The notes beneath the pieces were generated by a model. The model did not search any database. It saw only the letters and a list, made by a program, of their open reading frames with translations, and had not been told where the DNA came from. Shown here in pieces: positions 27,097-41,000 of a stretch of 64,000 nucleotides of DNA. The position numbers were made by a program, and so were the translations under genes. The stretch's first letter is position 1. Each line of letters starts with the position of its first letter. Source of the DNA: Octopus bimaculoides (Eukaryota); NCBI RefSeq assembly GCF_001194135.2, contig NC_068981.1, forward strand, positions 15,101,243-15,165,242, given 5' to 3'.

Positions 27097-27831
27097 GTAT
27101 GTATATATATATGTATGTATGTGTATATATATAAATATATACATATATATGTATTTATATATATATAGTTAGATACATACATACATTCATACAAATACAC
27201 GCACACAGATACACACATATATATAGTGCCGCTAATTTGGTTCATATAAAGCTTGAAACGATTATTTCAACAATATATTCAGAATGATGCTTCTCGTTAA
27301 CTTTAAACGGACAGTAGCATCTGATTAATTTGCACCAACGTGTTATGATCAAGTAGGTAACCTTATATAATAACTGATTTTCTTAACTATGATTCCGTGA
27401 AAAGCAGCACAAGACCAACTTCTCTTACTTATGTTAGTACTTCTTTTACTCAATTTAGTAAATCAAGTTTTGCTGAAACCTCCTCTCTACCTACACACAA
27501 TGCTCATATATATTTCACAAACGAACTGCAATATACTCCTTCAGACGAAACATTCCACGAAAATTAAGGTTGTTTTCAATTTTAGAGTCTAAAACTTCTA
27601 TTTCATCTTTCATTTAATTTATTTTCCCAAAGCTATAAAGCACGGGTTTCGCTGTCTTCACCACTATCGTATTTATCTAATAGACTTGAAATAATTTTGA
27701 ACGCCTGTACAAGCTTTAATTATGTCAAATATATTCCCTTCACTTCTTTCCCCTTAATATCACAGAACTGCAGTATGCCTAGATACTTGTATCCATTGCC
27801 AAAGCGTTATAACATCCGTTAAGTATATTCT

Positions 27832-27980
27832 TATCCTATTTAGGCACAAGGCCCGAAATTTTGGGGGAGGGGGCCAGTAGATTGAATCGATCCCAGTATG
27901 CAACTGGCACTTAATTTATCGACTCCGAAAGGATGAAAGACAAAGTCGACCTCGGCGGAATTTGAACTCAGAACGAAATA
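27832..27980 (-). mobile_element. 5'-truncated SINE family C copy with 23-bp perfect TSD
   Basis: ataacatccgttaagtatattct at 27809-27831 and 27981-28003; body gactccgaaaggatgaaagacaaagtcgacctcggcggaatttgaactcagaacg. Confidence 0.9.
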
Positions 27981-28299
27981 ATAACATCCGTTAAGTATAT
28001 TCTAATGGAATGGCTTGTATTCTTTCACTTCATGGTTAAAGCCACACAGTTCGATATAGCAATCTCCAATCCAATATCAGTGCAACACTCCTTCACTGTA
28101 TTAACAACTCTCACTTTTCTGTCCTTGTAATTACTTGAATTTATCCATGAAAACTTAATGAATTAGATAGTGAGTATTTTTGACTTCTTTTAAGCTATCG
28201 CATTGTTGTCTGTCAATTACTGTGTGGATTGACAATAACAAATGGATGAAACAATTCTCCTGTTTCAAATAACTCAGTCTTCAAACTCATCAAACTCAT

Positions 28300-28505
28300 A
28301 TTAGTTTCAAATTTTCGCACAAGGACAGATAGCTCGGAGGAAGGGATGAATCGATTACATCGAGTCCAGAGCTCCACTGCTACTATTTCATCGATACCCC
28401 CGAAAAGAGGGAAAGTAAACTAGCCCTCGGCAGAATATGAACTCAGAAGGTAAAGACGGACAGAGTACCGAGAAGCATTTTCCTCGCGGTATGCTGCCAG
28501 TTTGC
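28300..28505 (-). mobile_element. Old SINE family C copy
   Basis: Degenerate match to 27832-27980 (gcacaagg...cccgaaaag...ctcggcagaatatgaactcagaag). Confidence 0.65.
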
Positions 28506-30029
28506 CGTCCTAAATCATCCTCAGACTTATACGATAGCGTGGAAGCCTAGCGCCGAGGTTAAAGATGTGACTTATAGGTATGTTGTCAAATATTATCATC
28601 GACACCACACTCAAAGAATTATTTGACCATTGTTTGAGTGTTGTGTCGATGATAAACATATCTAATTTTTCTTCTGAAGTCGACCTATTCAATGCTTAGA
28701 TTAGTCTGTCATCGCTTTTAATCCTTAATTATCGTTTTATCAATGATGTGATTGTTTTCTGCTTTTATTAGACTTTCCATTCGAAGTGAATATTAAGGAC
28801 GTGTATTTTTACTTTTGAGGACAAAGTCACAATGTTTGAATAGAAAACTTATATACTATTATCATTCTTAAAATGTAATTTAGCAGTAACTCGCAATGCA
28901 TATTTCACACGAGAAAAATAAAATATCCAGGTATTTTTTACCAACTTGCTCTTCTGGCTTTCATATCCCACATCCTGATTATTTAATTAATACTTTTCCA
29001 AAACTCACTTTTAAATATTTCACTAAATATATATGGGACAATGATGAAACGGAAACTACCCACTGGAAAACGATTAAATTTTCCAGTTATAAATAAATAT
29101 ATCTGAATGTTTTGCATAGCACTCATAGTTTATGTGTAATATTCTTGAAGATGGTATTCTAGCATTCTGAAAAGACATCCCAGTACCTGTTTAACGCCTT
29201 CGTATTCATTTTTACCTCAACATTTTGGTTTATTGCCAAGTGGACATAGGTATCAATTCGAATTAAAGAATATGGTTTTATATTTCTCAATTGATCAAGA
29301 AGCTGCAGCGGCCAGTAGTAGATGTTTCCCGTCTGTCGACGATATGAGCTTCGTTGCTTTTATGTACCATGAGTTCACTAAGTGACCCGCTCAAGAAAGA
29401 TAACAGTATTTTCTGTTCTAACACACCATAAAAGTTAAGTTGGAGGTAAGGATTGCTTTTCTGTTGTTGTTTCTTTATCTATCTCATTTACTATTATGTA
29501 TTAAGTTTAGATATAATGTAGCCCGTAATTTATCGTAACTATTGAAGCTCATTTTATCATAATTTTATATTGCCTTCATCAAATTCGAAATACTAACTTT
29601 TAAAGACATTTCTAGTCCTACTGTTTCGTATGCAATAATTTATTCTATTTTTGTTAGGCTCCCTTCCCTTAGTGTTCGATTTATGTATATTCAGTCTAAG
29701 CTAACTCCAAGGAGTTGACTTCAGAAGAGTGTTTGTAGTTTATTTTGTATTCCAGGTTCTTTAATTCACTTAAGCCGTCCTTTCCTTATGTTACTGTATT
29801 ACGAGAATCACTTTCCGTTGCATGTCTCTTGCATTTTTGCAAGAAGCAAGCTTCTTACATTGTAGAGGTTTTCCATTTGCACTGGTTCCTTATATAACCT
29901 ATGTCTATAAGATGTACATAGTCTTCCTGTAAAAGCTTTTTTTAATGTATTTATGGAAAGCTATAAGTACTATTATTGCTCAACTCATCATTTTCCTCTT
30001 CCTCGTCCTTCTCATACATCCTTCATTTT

Positions 30030-30175
30030 ACTACTACTACTACTGCTTCTTCTTCTTCTTCTTCTTCTTCTTTTCTTCTCCCTCTTCTCCTTCTTCTTCT
30101 CTTCTTTCTCCTCTTCTTCCACCTACTCTACCTCACCTACCGCTTTCTTTTGCCTCTCCTCTTTTATCTACTATA
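30030..30175. repeat. (CTA)n/(CTT)n pyrimidine-rich microsatellite
   Basis: Direct reading. Confidence 0.9.
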
Positions 30176-31364
30176 TTCAGTTTATTGATCACTCTTTTTC
30201 ATTCGGGTGCCAGAAATACAGTAATTTCTTTTCGGTCCTAAGGTAAGAATCTAGGATATTAGTAACATACATTAGTAACATCTTTATGAATATTATCATG
30301 AGTGTAAAACATTAATATTTGTAATCGATTTAGTTGAAATCATTACAGTTATATTCAGTGGTGGTTTAGTTTCGAGTACTTATTAGCGTAACTATTTTTC
30401 AGTCATATTACAAACTATATATTACTCATGGGTATCTGGTTGCAGCATAGAATCACAAATACAATTGCTTGATTCTGAACAACTATAATGAAAACATAGA
30501 TCAAACAGACTATTTTTATTATTGAAACAGAAGCAGGATAGCATCCTCCATTTTGCCCTGACGAGGGGATATTAAGCACGAAATATTTAAATTAATAAAC
30601 GTCTCATTTTAATAAGATATCAGGAGCCTCGTTAATTTGGAGGAAATACATTTCATTATGGAATCATTCGTAATTCATTGGTGTATTGTGTACTTTAGCC
30701 TCATACCTATTCATTTGAAATAAATTTATTCATGATTTGAATTTTCTACTCTAGATAACATACCATTTTTCCTTTTTCTCTAAACAACTTGTTTACTTCA
30801 AACTGCTCAATAGCAAAATGACGCACACATACACACAAACACACATACATATTTATATTTATAAATGCATATACATTTATGTATGTATGTATGTACAAAT
30901 ACTCCTATATAATAGATATACGGATAAAGATGTGTGTGATGAAGCAATATATTTTTAATAATCTCATACTCACATTACTATACATATTCATTCAATGTCG
31001 ATAGGTTTTCAATTCATTATATTTATAATTAGCTTTTAAATAGAAGAACCATTTAAAACCCCAAGTCCCCTTGTTCCTCACGACCTATTTTTGGCAGTCA
31101 ACTCTCCTCGTGACTTTCTTTCACCGAATATAAACGTTTTCTTAACATAATCTGTGTATGATTATGTTAAACAAAACGTTCCTAAATAACAGCATACTTT
31201 CAGAATACAGGATAACAGGGAACAAAAATAAAATTAACTGTACAAACAATATATAGCATGAATATATTCATTCAAATGATTGTGCTTGTTTGCCTCAGCG
31301 TGATAAACTAAACAGTGGATAAATGTTTTTCAGTGGTGTTTTTAAGAATGTTTCTATGTTCTTA

Positions 31365-31500
31365 ATATTGATTTCAAATGTTGGCACAAGACCAACAACT
31401 TCGGGCAAAGTGCTAAATGTTTTAGATCGACCACAGAGCTGAAGCAGTACTTATTTTATCGACCTCGAAAGGATGAAATGCAAAGAGGACCCCAGCGGAG
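31365..31500 (-). mobile_element. Old SINE family C copy
   Basis: ggcacaagacc...tacttattttatcgacctcgaaaggatgaaatgcaaag. Confidence 0.7.
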
Positions 31501-33149
31501 GGCAATTTTGAATTTTATGCAGTTAAATCGGCAAATATAGTCACTTCCATATGTGGAGGAATTGGGAATGACCTGTCATTATCATTCAAACTGTATCGAA
31601 GATTCTAATTTCATATTTGACAAACAGCAAAACGAAATCAATGTTTTTACTACTAATAATCCAACAATTGTATTGGAGCTTCGAAATTCCGTTGCAAGGC
31701 TGAATTTTTATTATAGGTTTCTAGAAAATTCTTGAACAAAACGAAAAAAAAAATCTATTTCACTTGTTCTATTACAACAGTTAATGGTACAGGTATCTAA
31801 TCCGATGCTAAATTGGCTATATCAGGACGTATGTGTGTGTATTTCTGTGCGTGCGTGCGTGCGTGTGTATGTGTATGTATGTGTATGTGTGAGTGTGCGT
31901 ATGTGTGTGCGTGAGTGTTTGTGTGTTTACTATTTCAAAAGTGATCTCTTATTTGTCTTCCTAGAAACGTTGAGTTGCATTTCAAATGTGTCTTGATAGG
32001 TCCACCAGAATCACGAATTCAGTACCAGTTTGTTGTTTTAATAACTTGTAAAAGGTGGTAAATGCCTATGTCACCAATTTCCTTTAATTCACTATGAGAT
32101 GAATGGGGAATTGCCGTATTCTTTGGCGAAGGGATCTTATCAGTAATAATTTCATTGATCGTATCAGACACCGGTATGACAGCGGTTTACCAGTGATATA
32201 TGGTCTCAGTCACTGGCAAGACAATTTGTTCACCAGCCATATATGGTTTCTAGTTTCCGTAAATATATAAAAGGTTTCGAATGATTTTCTGAATTAGTTT
32301 CTTCAAAAATGTTTCTCTGCAAAAATTGTTTTACACATTCAAAACTTAGAAAACTATAAGAAAGCGGCTAAATTTTGCTGCACAGGAATTCTGTGTAATA
32401 CTAATATATTTTTATAAGCACCACACTTTAATGCAAAAACATTTGAGAAAACAGGAAGTAAATTATAAGGTAAATTATAACATAAATTTGTATTGCCAAG
32501 AAGACCTAATGCTTTTTGTGTTCGTCACATTTTATTCTCGCAGTTTCAATTGATTCTTGAGACATTTACTGAACGTGACATTCTAATATGTAGTTTCTCC
32601 AGATCTTATCCGTATATTATACTCCATTATAATGTGAGATCACTTAATGCGTATATACAGAACTGAACATCATTCCTATAACCATAATCTGCAAACAATT
32701 TGCACAAATTATTTTCTTTCTCTAAATTTGTTAAGACAAACTTCACGTATTATCCATGATGGTATATGTAGAAAGAAATACTACAAACTGGAAAAAATTC
32801 GTTATATATTCAAACTTTCAAGATACTACACATGAAAAGAATTATTGACAACTTACTTTAGAACTAGCTTACACATAAATTCATGGGTGAACCATCGGTA
32901 GAGGTTTTGTAGTGCAGTGAAGCAACTAGATGTCCACAGTCTTGTTACAAAACTAAGAATAGATCTGTAACTCAAGAAAAACAGAAAAAAATATGTTGTC
33001 TGAGTAAATGCCATTCTGCACTTTTTCGGTTTTTGAATATCATATTACAGAAATTTCTTTTGAACTTATTTAAATATACATTTCATACTTTGCAGAAAAA
33101 ATGTATCGTTGTCTACACTATCTGAATATACTTCACGAAACCTACGAGG

Positions 33150-33182
33150 CACCGGGCTATGTTTCCGCAACTCTTCAGTGTC
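33150..33182 (-). ncRNA. Degenerate hammerhead-like motif
   Basis: Minus GACA-CUGAAGA-GUUGCG-GAAAC-AUAGCCC; core present but stems and cleavage triplet not recoverable. Confidence 0.35.
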
Positions 33183-33341
33183 GCGATATAAACACGAATA
33201 AAATAAGACCATGAACGTTGACGAGCATAAAGTTAAATTCCAAAAAAACATTATATGTTTGTGTGTGTGTGAGTGTGTGTCTATGTATATACACTGATAC
33301 ACACATACATACGCACACTCATATGTGCATATACGTATGTA

Positions 33342-33387
<46 letters not shown>

Positions 33388-34344
33388 CAGCAGGCAAAGT
33401 ATGTGCGGCATCACTAAGATGTTTAAAAATAATTGAATATATGCACACGTTTCTTTAAGATAAAGAACGTAAGGAGATTATATTTTTATTAAAACCTATA
33501 AATGCTTATTAAACTGAAGGAAGTATTAACTAGATAAAATAAGAATTGTATTCCAACTGAAATCTAAAAATAATCTTGTTTCTCTTCATATGACAAAATT
33601 GAATTTTTGTAGTTTCAAAGAGTATCACTTTATTTGGAAGTGCTATATCAAATTTATGTTATAGCTTGAATTGTTCATCGGATCTAAATAATTGATCAAT
33701 ATTCACTTTGGAATAGCAAAATATTTTGACCTTTACATTTTTTAAGAACGAGAAGAAATCGATTAAATTTCACAAAGAAAGTATTAAATATTTTGAAATG
33801 CGAATATATCAAGAGATGCTATTTATATCGAAATCCATATGACTCTTTTTCACAAAACCCAATGGATATCTCATGTTATGTTTTGACTCGAACAATATAA
33901 ATATATATTTTCTTAAATCTATATGATTCCTGAAGAAACATACACGTTTGGGAATTGATAATAAAACAAATTATATGGCAAAACATTACCGAATAACTAC
34001 TAAAACAAGTCTGTTTCTATGTAAACTTTTCTATGGAGACAGTGTTAGTAAATAGGTCTTGTCCACTTTGAAATAGCTATTGGACAAAAGTATATAAGAG
34101 AAAGTATTAAAACAAACCAAATGCATATGTGGATGGCTACTGCTACAATTACTGGTTTTCTAAAACTTACATCAATTTCGAAGAGATATAGTCATATATA
34201 CACAGTGTTTAATTTGAATAAAGAAAGACTACAAATTATATCACAGTTTATTTATATGTTAGAGCCATATATTGGTTAAAACTAATCTAAATGTGTAGCT
34301 GCAGTCAAGTTGTAGAGCAGGGTTCCTCAGTGTCACTTCCGTTA

Positions 34345-34798
34345 TAAAACTTCGTAATTTGTCTTTCTGTTTCTTCAAGTCATACATAATTCGAACGCCA
34401 TATTCTTCAGTGAGTCTCCACACAGACACCAGGACCACGTTTCTGCGTTATTGATAATGATACATATTTCCTTTTTGTTTTTCTCACTGTTATCCATTCG
34501 AATATCTGCAGTTTTTTTGACATCTTCAGAGTAAATTATATACAAAGTTACAAGAAACAATACAAAGATAGTAAACAGCAAATGGACGTCCTCTCTCTAC
34601 AAGTGCTGAACCACACCTGAGGCGTATGTGGCGGCCGACCTGTCAAGAGTTTTCACGTCATGCCTGAGTGAGTCAGGTCACGCCGGTCAGTAGTTTGCGC
34701 GCGAAACGACCCCTGTTATGACGCACTCCACCCTCCTATAATGAAAAATTCGGGTTTTGGGTGTTTTCGGATTTTATATTACCGGATAAAAGATTATG
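34345..34798 (-). mobile_element. pogo/Tigger-type DNA transposon 5' end (CENP-B-like HTH_psq start), Tigger4/Zombi-like
   Basis: Frameshift-repaired MSK..ADIRMDNSEKNKRKYVSLSITQK..GVSVWRLTEEYGVRIMYDLKKQKDKLRSF. TIR-like end with repeated aatccgaaa/aacccgaa and terminal TA at 34799-34800. Confidence 0.75.
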
Positions 34799-35058
34799 TA
34801 CATATATTTTATTCAGAATCAGTGAAAAATGTTATTGTAGAAAGCTGGCTCTGAATATTCCTGGTACATGTGTACTAACTTTCTGAGAGCGAGGCTGTAA
34901 GTGTTCTTTACTAAGTATCTATCTGTATTTAGCCAATATTCTGTGTATAGACAAAATTAAACAGACAAGAAACGTTCGTATTATTTGCAATTCGCTTTTG
35001 GATCTGCATCAATTACCTAGTATTAATTTTAATTGTTCATGGAAATGATGCTTATAGG

Positions 35059-35102
<44 letters not shown>

Positions 35103-35339
35103 TACANNNNNNNNNNNNNNNNNNNNNNNNNNNNNNNNNNNNNNNNNNNNNNNNNNNNNNNNNNNNNNNNNNNNNNNNNNNNNNNNNNNNNNNNNNNNNN
35201 NNNNNNNNNNNNNNNNNNNNNNNNNNNNNNNNNNNNNNNNNNNNNNNNNNTATATATATATATATATGCGCGCGCGCATATTTTCGTAGTTTTCTCTTCC
35301 CTTGCGGAATGTTTGCCTTCATTGAAACTATTTCTTGGC

Positions 35340-37500
35340 CATAATTTTTCTACACCAGTGTCACATTTCTGAAGGTATTTCTAAAGGGTGTATCTACATG
35401 GAATCTTTTGCGGCCCCTTGGGTGACGGGTCTCTCTCAGATCACTGTAGAAGAGCTGCTTTACTCGGTTGTCCTCAATGCACATGAAGTGTCTAGACCAT
35501 CTTCCCTGAGCCTGTATCAGCAATGTTTGGCTTCTGGTCATGCTCAAAAGCCTTCACACGTGAGACTGAATGGTACCATTTGTTGTTTCATATGCATCGA
35601 GTGTAGTGCTAGTGAAACTGAACTACTAGATTGACATGTTTACTGTAGAGATTCCAAGACTGGCATCCATACACAATGAATTCAGGAATGTGGCTCTGTA
35701 TACTGCGCGAGTCGTCTCCAGTTTCAAGCCCCTTACTTTCCGCACTCAGTTTTGGAGACGGCCGTAACAAGCACTTGTCCTGCTTATTTGATTGATCTCC
35801 TTTGAGTCTGTTGGAAATTAGAAAGTACTACAAAGGTATGTGAAAATTCGACATTATTAAGGGCCATTTTGTCAATCTATTTCGACATTATTGAGAGCCT
35901 TGTTGTCAATCTATTTCGAGCATGTTGAGCCCTTCCGTTTTCTAGGCGCTTTCTGGGAGTCCAAAGCTATTGGTTTCCGCTGAGAGAGGGAGTCTGTAAA
36001 TCATTGAAGCTTATCCTCCGAGTAGGCACCATTTGCACAGTCATCAGCATACAGATCAAGAAAAGGTATCGTAGCTACACCAAGCTGTCCTGTATGTGAT
36101 CTGAAAGCCTGGATTTGAGTCTGTAAAAGCCGAGTGAAGTATCATACTAAAGAGGAAGCTGAAGAGTGTTGGCGCAAGACTGCATCCTTACATTACTCCA
36201 TTAGTGACGGGGAAATCATTATCGTCATTACCGTTGACTAATCTTGCTTTCATGCTAGCTTGAAAGCTTCTGATATTCGGTATCATGGGAGGGATTCCAA
36301 TTAGAAGTATAGACCATAATTCTGGGTGTGACACAGTGTGGGTAGCCTTGGTGAGATTGACGAAGAGAATTTGTCTTGCGGCGAATATCATGTCTCGAAT
36401 CTACCTTTGACGAAACATTATGTCTTGAATCTGCCTTGCGGCGAATGTCGTGTCGTCCGCCCCTCTGCTCTGGAAAACCATACTGTCTTTTTGGTACAGT
36501 CTCCTATAGAAGACGAACATCCAACCTCTTTAGGATAAACTTGCCCGCGATGATCAGAAGGGAGATCCTGCGAAAGTTGTTGCAAGGTAACTGGAATTGT
36601 CACATCTGCATTTATACAGATGTACTCTTCCGATATCTTTCAGATCTTCACGTAGACAACCATCCTTCCAGCACAATGAAAGAAACTCAGAGAATCTTTG
36701 TAACAGAAACGGACCACTTTGAAAACTTGATGTGGAATGCCGTCGAGGCCTGGTGATTTACCATTGCAACTCTGTAAATGCTCCTGCTACCGCATCTTCC
36801 GCGAGCTCCAATTATTCTAGGGTCAATCGATGAAAGCCTATTAAGGAGTTGGACGAAGTCCTCTGACCATCTATTATTTATTGTCGCTTTTACGCACCTA
36901 GGAGTTCATATTTGAGACGAATATAATCTATTGAGCAATCCGTACCTCTCATTGCTCTGCTGATGTGAAAGTCGCACATATCATGTCAACAAATAATCAA
37001 ATATATTTGATGCCAATGTAATGCGTTCGGATGCGTGCAGGTGGTTTTGTAGACTTGGTTCAATTAGCAGAATTATTTGTAATTGAGAAGTTCTGTGGGA
37101 GCTGAGTGAAAGCAGAACTTTGATTTTCTTTTTGAATTCACATGACAGATATCATGCTGACTTATGATCACAGCCCACATTAAATGATATAGGCCGTTTG
37201 TCGTGTTGACATCTCATAGGGTGAACATCGTATTTCTGCCGGTACGAGGAGGCTGAGAGCCGTACTTTCCTTATTTCTGTCAGGTTTGTGATGGTTGTTG
37301 ATGATAGGGACCATTCGTATATTTAGCTTTCTGTTGTTCGCGCACACCATCAGCAGCCTCCGCGCGTTTAAGGCAAACCGAGGTAAGACAGCTGTCCTCA
37401 TGAGTGACACAGACGACTAAACCGCAGGTTGCAGATCGTAGCGTGTGGCAAAATCCATGAGCAGTGGTCTGTGACATTGTTTTTTACGCAGTATGCGGCT
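35340..37500 (-). mobile_element. Decayed RTE-clade LINE (endonuclease remnant, RT, C-terminal region)
   Basis: Minus PGLDGIP, DMIFAARQ, FPVTNGVM*GCSLAPTLFS, IQAQGRWSRHFMCIEDNRVKQLFYSDL. The 36900-37500 part is weaker. Confidence 0.85.
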
Positions 37501-37612
37501 GCAGGATTTTCGGTCTAGGTTTACTCCTACAGACATCCGAGCAGAAAGGAAGCCAAAAAGACAGTAGAGTTAGGTGAAGATTGAACAATCTGCTAGCACA
37601 CTGTAATAGGGA

Positions 37613-37646
<34 letters not shown>

Positions 37647-38190
37647 AGGGGGATATTTGATATATAAATATAGATATATATTTGGTATATATTAGAACTG
37701 AAAAATAGGTTACATGAAAAAAAGACATGGTTTTATTAGAATATTTTTATAAGTACGCTAGACAATTTAAATATCTCTATGTGTTAGCGCGTATGCTCAC
37801 GTGTGTGGTATTTGTGTTTACAGCCGAAAAACCCGGTACACTTTATATGAATGTTATATTAATGTCCTTTGACGTAACTCCTTCAAAATTTGTGAAATTT
37901 GAATCAATATTTGAAAACGGTGCTGATTCGGAGAAATTGTAATTGCAGAAAACGTTCATAAATATAGCAATATCAATTTATTGCAAAATTTGTGTTTTCG
38001 TCTGCGTGTGCATAAAAACAAATGTGTTTATGTATTATGTGACATATATTTGTTTACTATATTTTAATATATATCGGTTTGTATAATTTAAACCCAAATT
38101 GAACACTGATTTCTATATAGGTTTTACACCAGGTTTATATTCAATAAAATTAATATTATGGCAAATCGACACGGTCGCGTGTGACACGAC

Positions 38191-38747
38191 CGTTAGCACA
38201 CCTGGCAAAATGCTTAGCGGCATTTTGTCAGTCTTTAGTTTTGATTTCAATTCCGTCGATGTCATCTATGCTTTTCAACAGTTTGGGGTCGAGGAAATAA
38301 GTTTCAGTTGTAATCGAATTGCTGGCGTTTTGCTAAAAGTTGAAACCAATATCATGGCAAATTGTAGGACCGCGAATTGGCAGAATTGTTATCACGCTTT
38401 GTAGAATGTTTAGTGGCATTTCGTCTATCTTTTTGTTCTCAGAAATTTATTACGCTGAACCCAGGGAAAGATCGTTTATTCACTGCCATGAAACGACTCA
38501 GATATACGTTCCAAACCCTGATTTATAGGCGGGATCTGTCTGATGATTCCTCTGTCGCAGCTGGGTCAAATGCTTAGCAACATTTCGATCATCTTTATGC
38601 TATATGTTCAAATTCAACCAAGGTCGACTTAGCCATTCATCCTTTCCAGATGAATAGAATAACTATTAATTGAGCACTCGGGTCGATATAACCGAATTAC
38701 CTACAGCCTCCGCCGAATTTACTTACATTGCGCCAGAACTAGAAACC
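38191..38747 (+). mobile_element. Three same-orientation SINE family C fragments in tandem
   Basis: aatgcttagcggcatt-like motif at about 38209, 38405 and 38569, each followed by family C body sequence. Confidence 0.7.
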
Positions 38748-39242
38748 AAAATTTCGGCAAATCGTGATAATGCAGTTTTTTTTTTTTTTCAGAAAATGTA
38801 ATTACAATAATCGCTTTAATTCGACTACTGTTTCATTGAAGCTATTGGTAAATGTTCATTTATTTCTCCATACTAAAGCCTGTATTGGTCATGGCTAACT
38901 ACACATCTAAGTAAAATCATGGTGTTTTTTATTTTGCGGGCGAACAGAATTTTCACAAGATATTTTTTGAAGGGGAGACCAAGTGATATTAGGAAACACC
39001 GTTTTGGAGTTTGTTCACTTGTGTCGCCTTTAGAAGTCAGTAACATATATTACAAGGGCTCTTTCTCATATTCCAACCGCTTATAGAACGTAATGTATAT
39101 GATCTGTGAACCGTTCTCAAAGACAAAATTGACTTTAGTGGGATTCGGATTTACAGCGCAGAAAAGCGAAACAAATAACTGAAAGCATACATATACATAC
39201 ATACATACATACACACAAAAACACACACACACACGCGCGCGT

Positions 39243-39308
<66 letters not shown>

Positions 39309-39699
39309 TATTTCAAAACGGAGCAAATAATTCACGAAAAAATAATTTGCGAAGGTATCATTGACTCCTTCAGCTATTTATATATATGTACACACGCGCA
39401 CAGACATATATTTATAGGTACGTACATACATATATATACATATGCATATGCACATATATGAGTGTGTACATATACACATATATACTTATGTATGTGAATT
39501 TTTTCAATGTGTATTTTTGTATGTAAATGTGAATGTATTTGAATTTTTTCAATGTGTACAAATGACACGAAAATTAAATAAATAGTTACCACGGTAGCAA
39601 ACAATTCACATAAGTACCAAAGATGTTATAGCCTTCTTATCCAGGATTTTGTGAAATGTTTTTGTATAGCACATAAATAAAGGACGAAATGAAGTTAAA

Positions 39700-41000
39700 A
39701 GCAGTTGTTATTCAAATCTTTATACATCCTACATATGTTTCGAATAAAATATCGGTATTAATCCAGAGGGAATAAAATGATGTATAACAATGCGACCTGC
39801 TCATCAGGGAAAAAAATTAAGATTAGGTAGATTTAACCTCAAATGTAATTTAGAGAAAATGAAGGAGGAGAAACAAATTAGCAGACAACTAAGAGTTGAG
39901 AAATGTAGTACGATAAATGAATGGAAATAAAGCTTAAAGGCTTGGAAATAGATATATTTAGTGGAATTGAAATGTAAGAAGTCAGTTAAAGGTCGAATTT
40001 TATAGATTGGTAGAAATTACTTATAGGAAATAAAGGTATGTTTTTACCAATCTTTGCAGCGATAAACACGTTCTTTAAACATGTTTACAAGAGAATTCTC
40101 TGAGAACAGGATTATTTATTATGTTCCTTCAGAGATCAAATTAATTTACTAAGCCCAGTATTGTTGCGATTATTGATACATCTATATGTAGAGTAATGGT
40201 TAGATATTCTTTGGGACAACTCAGATGAAGAGCTACCTATGTAAAAAAAAGACCTCAGAACCGGAAGTAATTTTACATAGATAAACAGAGTCCCTAGTCT
40301 CAGAATTACTGCTAAGGAAACTAATGTGATTTGAATTTACATCAGAAATACTAATATTGTTGTTATTATTGTTCAAAGAAAGGTTGGTGTTAATATTATC
40401 AATGTTATTATATTCATTAAGTGGATTTTTATTTAACAACTTATTATTATGCGAAGAGATGATTTGTGAAAGGCTTTTGGTGTTTGGAAACCCTATTCTG
40501 GTTCGGTGTGAATTGATAATGGAATGGTATCTTGAATTTTTGGGGAAATCCCTATCTATAGATTCACGAAATTAGTAAGGGGATTTGATCTGCTTACCAT
40601 ATTGAATTATCAACCAAACTGATTTACTAGCACATACATTGTTATTAGTGTAATTATCTTTAAAAGTCCTAGATGTACTTTTATAACAAAAAAAAAGGTT
40701 TTAAAGGACGGTTACTTCCCTTATGCTGCAAAATTACATTTTTCCTAGTAGTGTTGTTATTCGAACTAAAATTCATATTTTTATTACCGATATACAGTGA
40801 TTTCATGTCCTGATTAATAGAGGCAGAATTAATGTCAATAGGGTTAATATACGTAATGTTTTCATTATAGCCTGCTTTATGTAAAGCAGAGTTATAAAAT
40901 TCAGCTTTTTCGTTGAAGATATCATCATTGGCATATAATCTGGTAAGTCTAATTGAAATATTCTAACTAAATTCCTCGTTATAGCATTTATTCCCATTCA
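39700..41000 (-). mobile_element. 3' part of a Penelope-like element (Naiad-like): RT thumb, linker, GIY-YIG, 3' terminal repeat
   Basis: Minus DDIFNEKAEFYNSALHKAGY, DRDFPKNSRYHSIINSHRTRIGFPNTKSLSQIISSHNNKLL, SVYLCKI..FYIGS..QRISNH..TGLSKLI*SLK; hammerhead downstream. Confidence 0.8.
39727..39810 (-). ncRNA. Type I hammerhead with intact core and a ~60-nt stem II insert
   Basis: UCC-CUGAUGA-G...C-GAAAC-AUAU-GUA-GGA. Confidence 0.65.

Noticed and set aside
32000-32270. Minus-strand reading IVLPVTETIYHW*TAVIPVSDT..IPHSSHSELKE
   Set aside because: Internal stop and only a vague resemblance to known motifs.
34600-34745. Promoter-like patch (tcacgtca, tgagtca, tataat)
   Set aside because: Lies inside the Tigger-like element between TIR and transposase start; not evidence of a host promoter.
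40105-40135. In-frame TGA in the Naiad-like GIY-YIG region as possible selenocysteine
   Set aside because: Falls at a conserved Trp position (TGG to TGA) in a copy with many other lesions; no SECIS identified.
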